Made by a program: the position numbers and the translations under genes
Notes under the pieces: model-generated
The model's database searches: none
What the model was told of the DNA's origin: nothing
Seen by the model: the letters and a program-made list of their open reading frames with translations, nothing else
Shown: one piece after another, positions 39,819 to 52,945 of the stretch
Layout: each line of letters begins with the position of its first letter
Position numbering within the stretch: position 1 is the stretch's first letter
Origin: Paramecium tetraurelia
Lineage: Eukaryota
Assembly (NCBI GenBank): GCA_000165425.1
Contig: CT868666.1
Location: 248,001 to 312,000 of the forward strand
DNA: 64,000 nucleotides
Direction: 5' to 3'

Positions 39819-41474
39819 ATGAGAACTGCTCGCATAGCTCAATCTAAGCAACAAGGGAATACTAACAAATTGACTTCCATCAAAAACACTCTCAAGTTTT
39901 AATTCGACGATGAAAACGACAAGAATGTTGATCGCACTACCAGTCCCTCCATAACCATTAAGGATTTGTGCCAAGAAGAAAAAGCCAAAATAGGAGACCT
40001 GATAAGGAGACTGGCCCAAGAACAAGAAGAAAATAAAAAGCTACAAGATCAAATAAGGTAGAAGGAGGAAGAATGCAAAAAGCAAGTAACCAAATACAAA
40101 CAACTTTCTGAATCAGCCAAAAAAGAGTAGAAGCAAACTGAAGATAAATTCAAAGAATCTCTGGAAGTCATCAAGAAGTTGCAATAATAGGAATAATTGA
40201 TCTAAGAATAAATGCTACTTGCGAGAGTGAATAAATTTGATTCATTCACTTAATGCGAGATTGACAATAAAGAAAACAATTCTAAAGTCTCATAGGCATC
40301 AATTACACCTCCAATACCTCCTCAGAAATAATAAAAGAGTGAGATCTTATAATTAAAAGCAGAAATTGAAGAATTCACTAACAGTTTGAAACAGTTTTAG
40401 TTTGAATCTAATCGTTAAGAAAGACAAGAGATTTCTCCCATAAGAAAGGTAATTAAACCTGAAACGAAATATGAAAGATAAGTAGTGATTCCAAGACATT
40501 AGACACCTGTAAATCCACCAAAACCTGATCAAAGGAAACACATAGAAGTGCAAACCATGGATTCAGGAAATCGTGTAAATCCACATTAAAATTCTGCAGA
40601 CAAATAAATATAAACCGAAACCGAAAGCTTTGCTCTTAATTCCCATGCATCCAATTTTTTCAAAAAAGAAAATGAGTAACCTCAAGAAACAATCAAAACT
40701 CTTGGAACTTAAAAAAGTAATTAGACCATGAGATTCTGTGATGAATTTAAGATCTTGGAGAACAAATTAAAATAAAATCAGAATCAATATTATAATTGCA
40801 ATAAAGATCTCTCTGAATCATCCGAGAGTCCCTAAAAGAATCAATATGTGCCAGATGAATCCTCAGACGATGAAGATGAGTATGCAATAGCCTAAGAATT
40901 ACTCAAGCGTAAAAATCAGAGAATATCACAGCAATGCTAGAAGAGGTCATCCATTGGATCTCAAAGAGGACAATAGGTTTCTGATGTTAGTTTGCAAAAA
41001 TAATAATAATTTCAATAGAACCATGGTTATCAATAACAATAATATGCTTAATATCCTTATTATCAACAATTTTAATAGTAGACTCAATCGGCTTAATAGT
41101 AAAACCTGATTTCATCAAATTACTTCAAGACCAATACTCTCAGTTTCAATTTAACAAATTAGGAATACACACCATAACAATCGGTCCAAAAATCTGCTGA
41201 ATAATTTGGATCGAGCGTTATGCAGACTCCTCAACAAAGAGATATGATTTCTCAATAGTTATAATTTTCTCAGCAGGAGGAAGATATTGATTCCGTTATC
41301 ACCAGTCTGAATGGAAGATCTTTCAATAAGCCCAATGTGTTACAACAAGAGCAATATCCCATGATCGAGCAATAATAGGAGTCATATTCTTCGGAGTCTT
41401 CTTTGCCCAGAGAGGAATATCAGAAACTCATTGATAAGTACATGAAGGATAATTAAGATTCTGATGATGATTGA
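39819..41474 (+). CDS. Coiled-coil protein with hinderin (KIAA1328)-like N-terminal motif
   Basis: SITIKDLCQEEKAKIGDLIRRLAQEQEE followed by coiled coil and a Q/S-rich tail. Confidence 0.65.
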
Positions 41475-41531
41475 ATAAAATAATAAAATAATAATATCTA
41501 TAAAACAACAATTAATTTATATAAATTTTTA

Positions 41532-43303
41532 ATGAGTAGAAGGCAAAATGCTAATGATGAAAATTTGAGTTGGATTCTGAAATATCCAAACGAATTTTCA
41601 CATGAGGATTTCGAATCTCAACATATGCACATTCTTAAGTAAGAACAATTTGGGTAATTGAAAGAATCAGATGAAATTTTGAACGGATAACTCTATACAT
41701 TTTGGAATGGAACATTGGAATACAGTAAATTTATATTGATGCCAAATTTATTGATCAAGGTAACCATTTAAAATGGTTTGTTATAAATACCACAATCTCA
41801 ATTTAATCAAAATGGAGCTACCTATTATTTATCCTTATCAGAGTGCACAATAACTTAGAAAATGATTTAACACAGATCACAACAAGCCTTCGGTATGCTC
41901 TTAACCAATTCAATTGGCACAACTTACTTGTTCTTTTCAAATTTCGTAACATTCAGAACCTGGTATAAATAGATGAAGCAATTTTGCAAACTCACAGGTT
42001 TCCTGGATAAATACAAATTGGGAGACAAGGTACTTCCTGGATTTTACACATGCACTAAGAAAAAGAAGAAAACACAATATACTGTCCAGATCTATAAGAG
42101 TGACGACTTCGAACAATGTCAGGAATTGGAAGATGCAGTCTATAATGAAATACAGATATTGAGAAGCATTAAGCATCAATCCCTACTGGAACTAAAAAGA
42201 GTTTACTAAAATAATAAATATCTTTTCATTGTCTATGAGTATTATAAAGGCGATACTCTCTTCAACCTATTGAATTCTAATCTCTAATTGCATGAAGTAC
42301 AAATTGCATCTGTAATACCCATTTTAATAATATCCCTAGATCATCTATCAAATACTCCAAGTTGTCAAATTTCTTAATCAGCACCAATTCTACCATGGAA
42401 GCATCAATCCTTAGAATGTTCTGATCAACTCACAACATCAAATGCTGTAAATCACACTCATTAATCTCTCATTCAAAGAGTACAAGGTCAATGACAAATT
42501 AGACTGGATTCTGAATAGAGCAGTCGAGTCTTTCTTGGCTCCTGAGATCTTTGAAGGCATTGCCCCCAACATTTCCACGGATATCTATGCATTAGGATGT
42601 GTACTATACTTCATGACCTATTATGATTCTAAGAAATATGAAGTATCTTAATCCTAAAGTAGTTTTAGATTAAAAATGAAGATAAAGACTTCTATAATGT
42701 TATGGACAACTTCGAAATTCAAAACACTCGTATAGACGAAAGTGAACAACAATTGAAAATTGGGTTCCAATAGAACCAATCCAAGAGTAAGGTTAGTTCT
42801 TCCCAATTGGATCTTCTAAGGAAAATGCTGCAAACTGATGCAAGTAAGTGTTTTATAAAATGAGGTAAAAGATTGACAATAAAAGAAGCTACTAAACATC
42901 ATTGGTTTGTAAATGTGAAAAGTAAAATCAAATCCTTGAAAGTGGAAAGGAAAAGAAAAAAGCCACTTCCAAGTTTAAGAACTATTATTGAGTTACGAGA
43001 AATGAGTGAAATGGATGTTAGAATGACCATTATTCAACAATAACAAAGTGGATTGAATGCCTTACATAGTATGAATTCTAAATTATAATCAACTCCTTCC
43101 AATACTAAACGTACATTAATTTACACTTAACAACCATCAAAACTAAGTTAATTTGTGGCCAAGAATGAATTCGATGATGATTATGAAAGTAATTATCCTA
43201 TTGTTAACATTCAGTCCCTGATGAAGAACTTTATTTGGAAGTCCCTGTTATTAATCGTAAAAGAGAACCTAAAAAGAGACCGTCCAATATCATTCTGCTC
43301 TGA
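41532..43303 (+). CDS. PH-like domain plus CAMK-like kinase fold, probable pseudokinase
   Basis: NEIQILRSIKHQSLLEL, FIVYEYYKG, HGSINPQNV, DFG position reads NLS, FLAPEIF, DIYALG; no GxGxxG or VAIK lysine. Confidence 0.8.
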
Positions 43304-43903
43304 ACGATTTTAAGACTATTTAAATTAATTTAGAATCAATTATTATTCCAAAAAGAATTATATAAAAATTAGTATTTTGATTGTTAAGGACTTATTTCTC
43401 ACATATATTAGATTTAATTTTTACTTCAATATTTCTGTAGATAGATTTTTATATCTAAGATTTGTGTTGTAATTCAAATTAAAACAACTCAGTAAGTAAG
43501 GTTAATTTCCTATAATATATTAATTCAGGTACTATCAATTGTCCTTCTATCTCATCTTATTCATGATTTTTTGTTTATAACATAAAAATGGTACAACTTT
43601 TTTCGTGGATCTTAATTGATTTATTCTATTATTTCATTATTTTGAACATCAACAAGGAAATTATTTATTTTTCATATCTAAATAAATTCATTTAGTAGGC
43701 TGAAACTAAGTTGCAAGAAAGACTTTTTCTTTTGTGGAATATGGTCAAATAAAAATGAATATGATAAATCTGATTCAAGATTCCTTTGATTAATATGTAT
43801 TTCTATTTCAAGTATGAAGTGAGGAGAATGAAGTCTAGCAGGGTCATATTTATTTTGTAAATAATTTTTTTATTTGATTAATAAATTAAAAACAAAAGGA
43901 ATT

Positions 43904-44732
43904 ATGGAGAATACAAACTATTTAAAACGAAGGTTTAGAAGTAGTGGATCACTCGATATGAGGGATACAATGTCGAGTTCTTAAGGGTTTTTTAGTACAA
44001 ATAAACTATTTGTAAACTAATAAGGATTAAGTTCCAACATTTCCTCATCAACCTTACAACATACGGCTCTCCAATATTCCTTTCCTAGAGCCCATAGATT
44101 TAATTCCCAATCAGAATATAATATTTCAAATTTAGAACTTCCAAGTTAATTGGGAAGCAAAACAACTTCATAAGGATTTGGGGGAAGAATGGAAAACTTC
44201 CAATGGGCATGGCAAGAAACAAACGCAAAGGAAATGCCAAGTCCGGACAGATATGAAGTAAGAGAGATTCCTGGGAAAGATAAATTAAAAAGGTCTTTCG
44301 GAGGCCCCTGGGAATTATACTCCAAAACTTATCTGCCCTATAACAAGTACCAAGCCCCAGAAGTTGCCAAATTTCTTCCTGGTAATTATACATGCCTAAT
44401 AAGAGGTCCCGGAGAATACAGAGTTAGGAAAGATTTGGGTTAACATAGATATAAATTTTTATTGAAAGGAAAGGGCAAGATGATGAATGATAATCCAGAT
44501 AACGGAGTTCCAGGTCCAGAGGCTTACTCTCCTACCACAAAACTAACCTCACCTTCTCGATTCAAAGTAAGATGTGTACCTCATTTATTAGGATATCACT
44601 TAAGGAATAGGTGAAAAAAAAGATCCCTTTCGATCAACTAGTACAACACCAGGTCCTGGTAAATATACAATACCATCCGTGTTCTCGAAAAAACTTAGGG
44701 TAAGAGGAGGGGATAAACGGGCTTTTATATGA
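43904..44732 (+). CDS. STPGR repeat protein, ODF3-like (second member)
   Basis: PSPDRY, PGPGEY, PGPEAY and PGPGKY motifs; two introns. Confidence 0.85.
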
Positions 44733-45865
44733 TAATTAATAATAACCTATTTAAAAGAAATTATTTAATAGATATCCCATTCAATTTCATTAAATTATCT
44801 ATTATTTGTTATATATTAAACACTCTTCTAATTTTCAATTATAATTTTATATTTCCATTTGAAATTTTAAAAACACACAAAATAACAAAGCAAAGCAAAG
44901 CAAGGCTATTTGGAACTGCGAAACTAAAATGCTCTGAAGATAATGAGAATTTAATAAATTTCAGAATTGAAATTCTAAGTATAAATACTCGGAATTTGAG
45001 ATATCTTTATATTTCATAAATGACATCATATCTTTTTATTCTTAATAACATTGGCCTTATTAAAAAGGGTTCTAATTATCTGTATAATAAAAGGATATAA
45101 TAGAATTGAACGAAACTTTGATCTGCTTATTTTCAATATTCTATTTATTTAATAAATAAGTCATTTATTTAAACTCAAATAATAAAATGTAATAATTTTA
45201 ATAGAATAAGACGAAATTTCAATTGAAGTCATAAATAGATAGTTAGAGTACAATTTCAAAGAAATCGAGAATCAATTAAATGTATTTATTGAATATTCGA
45301 ATGATTTTAGTACTCCTTTGATAATATAAATAAAATTGATTGATTGATTAATTTTTTATTATTATTTTGTACATTATTTTTATGATTTAAACTCCCAATA
45401 AATTATCTATAAAAATGCTTTATTATGAATACATTTATCTTATATTCCATGATTTTCACTATTATTTGAATAGGAAATACTAACCAATTATAGAGTATGA
45501 TACTATTATCTTTTTCTAAATATGGAATTTATATTATATTCTAAATTTAGTAGCATATATATGCTATCTTCTCTTTGAGAAAATCAAAAACCTAAATAAA
45601 CTATATAATTGGTTTTTATGAAATATATGATTATGGGTTAGGTGACTTAAAATCTTTCAGGACAATAAAATTTAAAAGTATAATTTTGCTCTCATTTTTA
45701 AGCGACTTTTATGAGATTTAATAGTAAAGAGGAATTTAATAACCAATAACGGATTAAAGAATACTTATTTTTAGCTTGTAAGCATGCATGGTAGTATAAA
45801 ATATCATATTATTATAAATTATCTGGGTTTGAACTCTAATAATATAATATTTTTAATCCGTTTTG

Positions 45866-47303
45866 ATGATTAAGTACTTGCTTTTAGTATGTTTGATCAC
45901 AGCACCTTTTGCCTAAACCCCTGAGGCTGTAGTAACTCATTATGATTTGGAAGGAAATTTAATTTAGGAGGAGAGTTCATTGCAAGGATCTGAGGACATT
46001 GATAGTATAAACTCAATGAACATGAATCAATAAGAATTAGATTCAAGCAGCATGGATTCTATGGTAACCGATAGCATGGATTATTCTACTCCATAAGCTG
46101 AATCTATTGAAAGTATCAATATTGAATCATCCATGACTTAAGAATCAACTGTTAGTAATATGAATGTTGACTCTAATTCAATGAATGTGGAGGATTCTAT
46201 GGCTATGAATGCCAATATCGAGAACTCTATGCCAGAATAAGATTCTATGTATAGCACTGTTGATCCCAATGATATTAGTGCCATAGAGCCAGTTTAATAA
46301 AATGTGGAAGATACATAAGTTATCGAAAACACAGAGGTGTCTAGTATAGCAGAAGTAAACTCTGAAGTTGTAAGTGAAATAGATAACAATAATATGATCG
46401 CAGAATCCAATGAAATTAGCAATATCGATCCAAACAACACTGAAATACCATAAGATAATCAAATTGATGTTTCTAATATTTTGGAATCCAATGTTAACTT
46501 GCCTAATGAAAGCATTGTATCCAATTAAAATGAAGTAGATCCAAATATGGCATTTGATGTTCTTCAAAACACAGAATCTCTACAATCATCCCCAGAAATG
46601 GACAATGGATTTGTTTAAAGTGAAGTCAATGCCGATAAAACTTAGGCTAAAAAGACACCAGATACAGAAAATAATTAAGTGGTTTAAAAAGAAGAGAAAG
46701 TTGAATAATAAGTTGAATAATAAGTTGAGTAATAAGTTGAATAAAAAGTTGAATAGCAAGTTGAATAACAAGTTGAAGAAAATTAAACTGCAGTAACAGA
46801 TAACAAGAACATCGAATAATAAACTGAACAACCCCAAGCTACAATCTAAGAGAATACAGAAGCTGCAAGTCATGAAAATGTTGATTCTGTATAATAAACT
46901 GATACTAATGTTGTAGTACAAGAAGAAGATGCAAAGTCAGAAAATAAAGTTGAAGATTAAAAGCTCTAAGCCTCAGAGTCTCAAACTAATTAATAATTAG
47001 TCTAAGGAAACTGTATTATTATTTATTCATAATGCAATTTTAAGGGAGAAGCTTTAGAAGCTTGCAATAGTTTAAGCGAAATTGAGTAATCTCATTATTT
47101 ATTCTAGGGAATTCAAGGCTTAAATTAGATCTATTTACATTCCAGAAGGATTGGGATTGACAGTCTATGATGGTGAGAACTTCACTGGTAATATGCACAA
47201 ATTCAAAACTTCATAAGAATGTTTGACAACTCCATTATCATTTGCATAATTAAATAATTCAGGAAATTAATTGAAAGGACATAATTTGAGAACTAGATAG
47301 TGA
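45866..47303 (+). CDS. Secreted acidic low-complexity protein with C-terminal beta/gamma-crystallin domain
   Basis: Signal MIKYLLLVCLITAPFA; E/Q/S/M-rich body; CIIIYSQCNFKGEALEAC...IRSIYIPEGLGLTVYDGENFTG. Confidence 0.8.
46698..46780 (+). repeat. 12-bp coding tandem repeat (VEQQ)n
   Basis: aagttgaataat-like units, about 7 copies. Confidence 0.85.
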
Positions 47304-47626
47304 TATCATTATAATAATCATATAAATATCATCAGTATAATTCTTCTATATTTATCAATATAAGTTTATCATAATTAAAACTACATATTATCTATTTTTT
47401 AGTAATATAAATTAATAACATCCTGTTTCTTGTTATAATTTAATGATTATAAATTAATTTATTCTACTTAAAAATAATAAAATGATATTTTATTTTAAAT
47501 AATTTTCATTTAATGATTCTAGTTTAATTTATTTAACTTATAAATTGCTATTCTAAAATAAAATATTTATCAAAATGGTATATTGTGATCTTTAATATGA
47601 AGTAAATACTTATACTAAACAATTTA

Positions 47627-48998
47627 TCAATTAGCTAAAATGCATGGTTTAAATGAATAAATCATCACAATTACAATCACAACCACAACAGTGATAAAAA
47701 GTCTAGCAAAGAGTTTGACATCAAGCATAAAATTGCCTATATTATTGACAGCTCACTTGAAGAAGTGCCAATCCACTTCCCTCAGTTGGTTTTACTAAGT
47801 ATGGATCTTCATTCTGTTCATCTTACCCATCTCCAACAGTTTAAAAATGAGCTTTTTACTTGTTAAGTATCTTTATTTGAATAGGCACCTAACTCTATAT
47901 TATCTTGGACAATTAGGATGAGAGAGCATAATTTTGTTATGAGGTATCTCATATTTATCGTCTCTGAAATGTCGTTTGATTACTCTTTTTAAAAATAAAA
48001 GATTAAGGTTTAATGGTATAGTTGTTTATCCAAGAGATTCATTTGAACCAAAAGGTGAAGAGTCTTAAACAAATCAACATGGAATAACAACAGGAAATCT
48101 CATAAGATAAGATAAAGACCTCTGACATCAGTTTCTTTGCCCATCTTTGTCTTAAGCAGAGATGGTTCAATATTTCTAGCCTTATCTATAGGCAAGATTT
48201 CCAGTGACATCCCAAAAAGTTTCTTATGAGGCTTGCTGTTTTCCATCTATTTTAAATCCTTATATTCAATACGAACCTTAAATTTCTCATCAAAGTTTTC
48301 AATTCTTCATTGAAAATCCTTATACCTCCTTTTCTGTTTTAAATATTTCTTTAAAGTTTAGGCTATTCATTATTTTAACTTTTCTTCACCCACAATTCTG
48401 TCTTCGATGTCAATTTGAATGTTTCCAATAACAAAATCAAACATTCATTTAATTTTAATGTACAATTTCGTTTTCCATCCAATTTCATACATCCTAAAAA
48501 TGTTAGGGCTTAATTTATTTTCAATTGGTCTATCCTCATCAGTGATGTGTTTATTCCAATCTTTATTATCATGCCCACTTTCTCCTATAAAGATTGCTTG
48601 GTTGGAATTTGAACATATAGCTTAGAGTCCAGCCATGTTATGATAAGCATATATGTCTTATTTAATGCTGCTAAATTGAGATATCTCAATATATATAATC
48701 TAACTTTTAACCTGTAAGGCTAATTGAAGAATTCTAGACATCCCTCATTGAATTGACTGAATAAATAATCATCTAGTTAATCTGGGACTTCCTTTACAGA
48801 TGATTGAAGTTTAGGACATCTTACATTTTTTGGATTAATTCTAATATCAATTAAAATTCCAACATGATCTGAAATTCTAATATCTCCTTTGATAACATCA
48901 TCAGGAGAACATTTAGTTGAAGAAAACTTGCGTAAAGCAAATCTTCAAAAGGGAATTTTCTGAGCAAATTTCTCATAATTTGATCTGCCTATTTTCAT
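47627..48998 (-). pseudogene. Ferlin-like C-terminal fragment (C2 domains plus tail anchor), decayed
   Basis: PYRLKVRLYILRYLNLAA, LSPNIFRMYEI, VIGNIQIDIEDR, RFPVVIP, VGDGQDEQNEDPYL and terminal TM LFITVVVVIVIVMIY, spread across shifting frames with in-frame TGAs. Confidence 0.6.
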
Positions 48999-49435
48999 TA
49001 TAAAATATTATAAATATACAATTAAATTAATAATGCGGTGGACAAATGTTCTCGATTACATAATATATCTAGATTGAAATATCAATAACCTATACTAAAA
49101 GAATATGTAATTCACCCTATAAAACATTTTGTTGTTAATCGTTTTATTAAAGTTTGATGTGTTAATTTAGCATCGGTTTTAATGAAATAAGAGATGTCGC
49201 TGCTTAAGATTTTTTGAATCGAAGAGTGTTCATTAATACATTAGACTTGTTTTTAAGGCAATAACTCGTGATGATAATTGCAATTCAATCTAGTGTATTA
49301 TATTACTTTTAAATCTCCATTTAGATATTGTTTTTTAATTAATTAATTACAGAACATATTTTGATATTATACGCTTAAGTTTTCTTCTTCTTTTATATCC
49401 AAGAAGTCTATATGATATAAAATGCAAATTAAATT

Positions 49436-51323
49436 ATGTCAAAGATATTAAAAAAGTTATCCGATGCCTTATCTAAACTAAAAAATGAGACAGTGCATTA
49501 GTTAGATCTTTTTGGTCAATTACCAAGCTTTACAGTGTTGAATAAGAGCAGATATACTTCAAATTTTGGGTTTGTTTTGTCTTTAATTATTGGCTGTTTA
49601 GCCTTATATTATTTGAACTCAGAGATAAGTTCAATGACTCTTAAGCTGATGCCTTCCATCTATCAATCAGAAATCTAAGTGGTCGAGACAGATGTAATTT
49701 ATACCCTCATATTTAGCCATACTTACTCACAAATTCCAATTTTACACTAGCCGTGTCAATTGCAAGTTAATTTTCTGAACCAACAAAAGGTGTAAACAAA
49801 TACTATCAACTAAACATCAGCCAATGTACAAGAGAAAGGAAAATAGATGAAAAAACAGACCACACAATCGTATTGCTAGAGTAAGAGTTATTACTAAATG
49901 TTTTAGTTGTAAAGAAATTCCAATAGAAACTTGTAATATGTCTCATTTTTCCACAGAGTTGCAATAGAAGTATTTCTCAACCATCAGATTTGGAACAGTA
50001 TAGTGTATAAATAGGGAATATTTGAAAAATAATCCACTCGTAATATTTATCAGAATATTTTAGATCTTGTAAGGACAGTTCAATGCTTTGACTTACAAAT
50101 ATTTGCTTATCAAGTTTACGCCTTGCAGGAATACAACAGAGTATTAAGGATGTGCTCCCTAAGAAGAAATAAATAAAATTTTGGAGGCAGGATAATACAA
50201 TGTTTATAAAAGTGATTACCTAACTTAGTTTGAATAATCTGGAAATCCATATTAATAAATAATCACTAATGAATTTACTAGTTTCTCCCTCACCACTTCA
50301 AAAACTATTGTTCACACCTACAGAATCATGTAAACATAAACAGATTAGGGTCTCATTTTAGAAGAAAATTAATTGGATACTAATTTACAACAAACTGAAT
50401 GGAGAGAAATATCTGACTTTTATAATAACCAATATTTGGTTTGCCATTACATTAAGTTAGATTTTAAGTAAACAAACATCAAAAGAACATACATAAAACT
50501 GTAGACCATTCTTGCCAAAATTGGAGGAATCTTATAAATATTAACTATGATTGTAGGGATCTTTTTAAAACCGATAATAGAGAATTTCATGAAGTTTGAG
50601 ATTGCTTCGTAACTTTTCAGTTATAACGATAATTAACAAGAATAATTCATTTCTTCCGGTCAAGTACTCTCTGAAAGGGAGATTTAATCTCCCTCATCTC
50701 TGCAAAAGTTGTCAACATTTTTTTAGTCAAATGAGAACATCTAGTCTAATGTTAAGCAAAAATAAGCTTCATGCTTATAGATATTCCTCATCATCTTTGG
50801 GATAAATAAAGTAAAGCACAAGTAATTTTGTAAAGCGAAGAGAAAAATAATTAAAAATTTAGACATTGTCACAATTCTTAAAAAACTATAAGATTTAGAA
50901 GTTATTAAAAAGATACTATTTACATAAGAATAATTGGAACAACTAAAAAAACGACCTCGACCAAAGCTTTGGATAAAAAAACAAGATAGCATAATTGAAT
51001 AAGATAGGCCAAAACCAGAAATAGGATTTCATCAATCAAATTTATACTCTTCTCAGTATTCAGATGTTACTGCACAAACCTTATTTAAGAGTTACATCAC
51101 AAGTCAATTCTAATAGTATTTTAATCATGTCTAATAAGGATAATAGGATCCTCGAGAATTTGAATAATAATAATAAAAATAATAAACTAACACAGATTTT
51201 CTACAGGATAAAGATGACAATATTAAATCAAGTTAAATGAATATTAATAATGAGAAAGACCAATCTCCTGAATTATAGGTTATAGAAAAGAAGATAAACT
51301 TAGAGATTAAAGTTTAACAATGA
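49436..51323 (+). CDS. Ciliate 2-TM large-ectodomain membrane protein (member A)
   Basis: LDLFGQ...TSNFGFVLSLIIGCLALYYL (TM1); Cys-containing loop; RTYIKLQTILAKIGGILQILTMIVGIFLKP (TM2); LDIVTILKKLQDLEVIKKIL. Confidence 0.85.
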
Positions 51324-51598
51324 ATTTAATTATTAAATAAATAAACAATCAATATTAAACCTTAAAAATTTATTTTGAAAATATTCTAAATGAAAATTAC
51401 ATTCATTTTTCGTTCATTAAAATATTTTATAATTTGAGACCTTGAGTAATGACTTTGGATTGTGGATAGAACTGTTTCACAAAGATACACATATCCTTAT
51501 ATTTCAAGCATCTGGATTTTCATATTTGAAATTATGTGAATGAAATAAGTTTTTCTTATATGTCAATTTTGTGTATAATATCTTATATATCAATTAAT

Positions 51599-52459
51599 TC
51601 ATCTAAGCAATTCATAATCAGGCAATTCAAATTCTACCTCCTTCTTAACATCCTCTTTAAATTCATCATATGATTTAAATTCTATTTTACTAACCTCATT
51701 AAATTTCAAGACTTTCTTAAATGCAGTAAATAGTTTCTCTTATCTGAACCACAAATATTGAATCCTTCCATATTCTGTGTTTTTACAGACTACGAATTTG
51801 CTGTCTCTGATTCCCAAAAATTCTTTGCTGGTAAATAAGTTTAAATAATCATGGTGAATATCTTAAACAGTACAAAATTTCAATGGCTTCTCAAAATCAT
51901 AATAGGTGACCCAATTACCATCCATATGATGCTAGAATTCATAATGTTTCTCATTTTCTTGAATTCTATAATGTTCCTATGCAAATAATTCAAAAGTTTA
52001 GGCCAAATTCTAAAAGTTTACTTTTATTGGGAATCTATAGGATCTTGTCCCAAATCCTGGATCTAATAGAAATGTCTCATCTCCTAATTAAACATACAAA
52101 AATGCATGTGTACTAGAAAGATCTGGATTGTAAGGACTACCCACCTCTCTAACTTAGCATCTAATTATTTCCACCTAAAATCCTAGATGCTTAAGAATAT
52201 AGTAGAGTAGAAATTCGTGCTCATAGCATAGACCACCTTTTCTATTTACACAAACTCTCTGTAAGATATCAACAAATTCAAGTGAAATTGGTTTCATTTA
52301 TTTCAGATGTAATTCAACATTTTAATAATAATTGTATATCATCTGCTTATTCGCTAGCAGACATAATGTCTCAGCTGAAACAGACAGTTTGATATCAACT
52401 GGAAGTCCAATAGCTTTTAGATAGGTGCTAATATCTTCTTTTGATATTAATTATTACAT
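51599..52459 (-). CDS. NAT: Arylamine N-acetyltransferase, intronless, 286 aa
   Basis: YLKAIG, RKGGLCYE (Cys), STHAFLYV (His), LLDPGFG (Asp): complete catalytic triad. Confidence 0.92.
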
Positions 52460-52945
52460 TTTATTAAAAAAATAGGTTTAAATTAGGCGTGTTTAGGTGA
52501 TATTTTTATAGAAATTCTTTTTATGATATATTAATTAATTTATTTGTATCTTAAGTCTTTAGTTTAGTCTGACCTTTTTAAATATTGAAAGGTTTTAATT
52601 TGAGCCAGATAAATAATGAATATTAAAACAAATTACTTATAATACGTAAATCGATAAGATACTCCTTTGGAAATTCAAATTTTGTTTGCATCTCTAAGTT
52701 TGCACTTATGTAACACTTTTTTCATCAATTCAGCAATGGGGATGATTGTATGAAAATAATAGAAAATTGAGTATGGATACACATAAAGAACCATAAATAG
52801 GAACTTATTTAAGGATTACCAGGGTGATTTGGGAAGTAGACTTATTTTTATTTAGAAATCATACTATTTCTAGGCTAGAGAATTGCGATAAATTGAATAA
52901 TTATTTGAAATTCTTACATTCATAATTTATATTTATATTATATAT

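Noticed and set aside
39807..39821. Divergent ATGs only 9 bp apart (channel versus hinderin-like gene)
   Set aside because: The minus-strand ATG frame hits TGA and I could not join it to the channel frame with a plausible intron
46698..46780. Regular short repeats as a possible CRISPR array
   Set aside because: No spacers; in-frame 12-bp coding repeats in a eukaryotic gene
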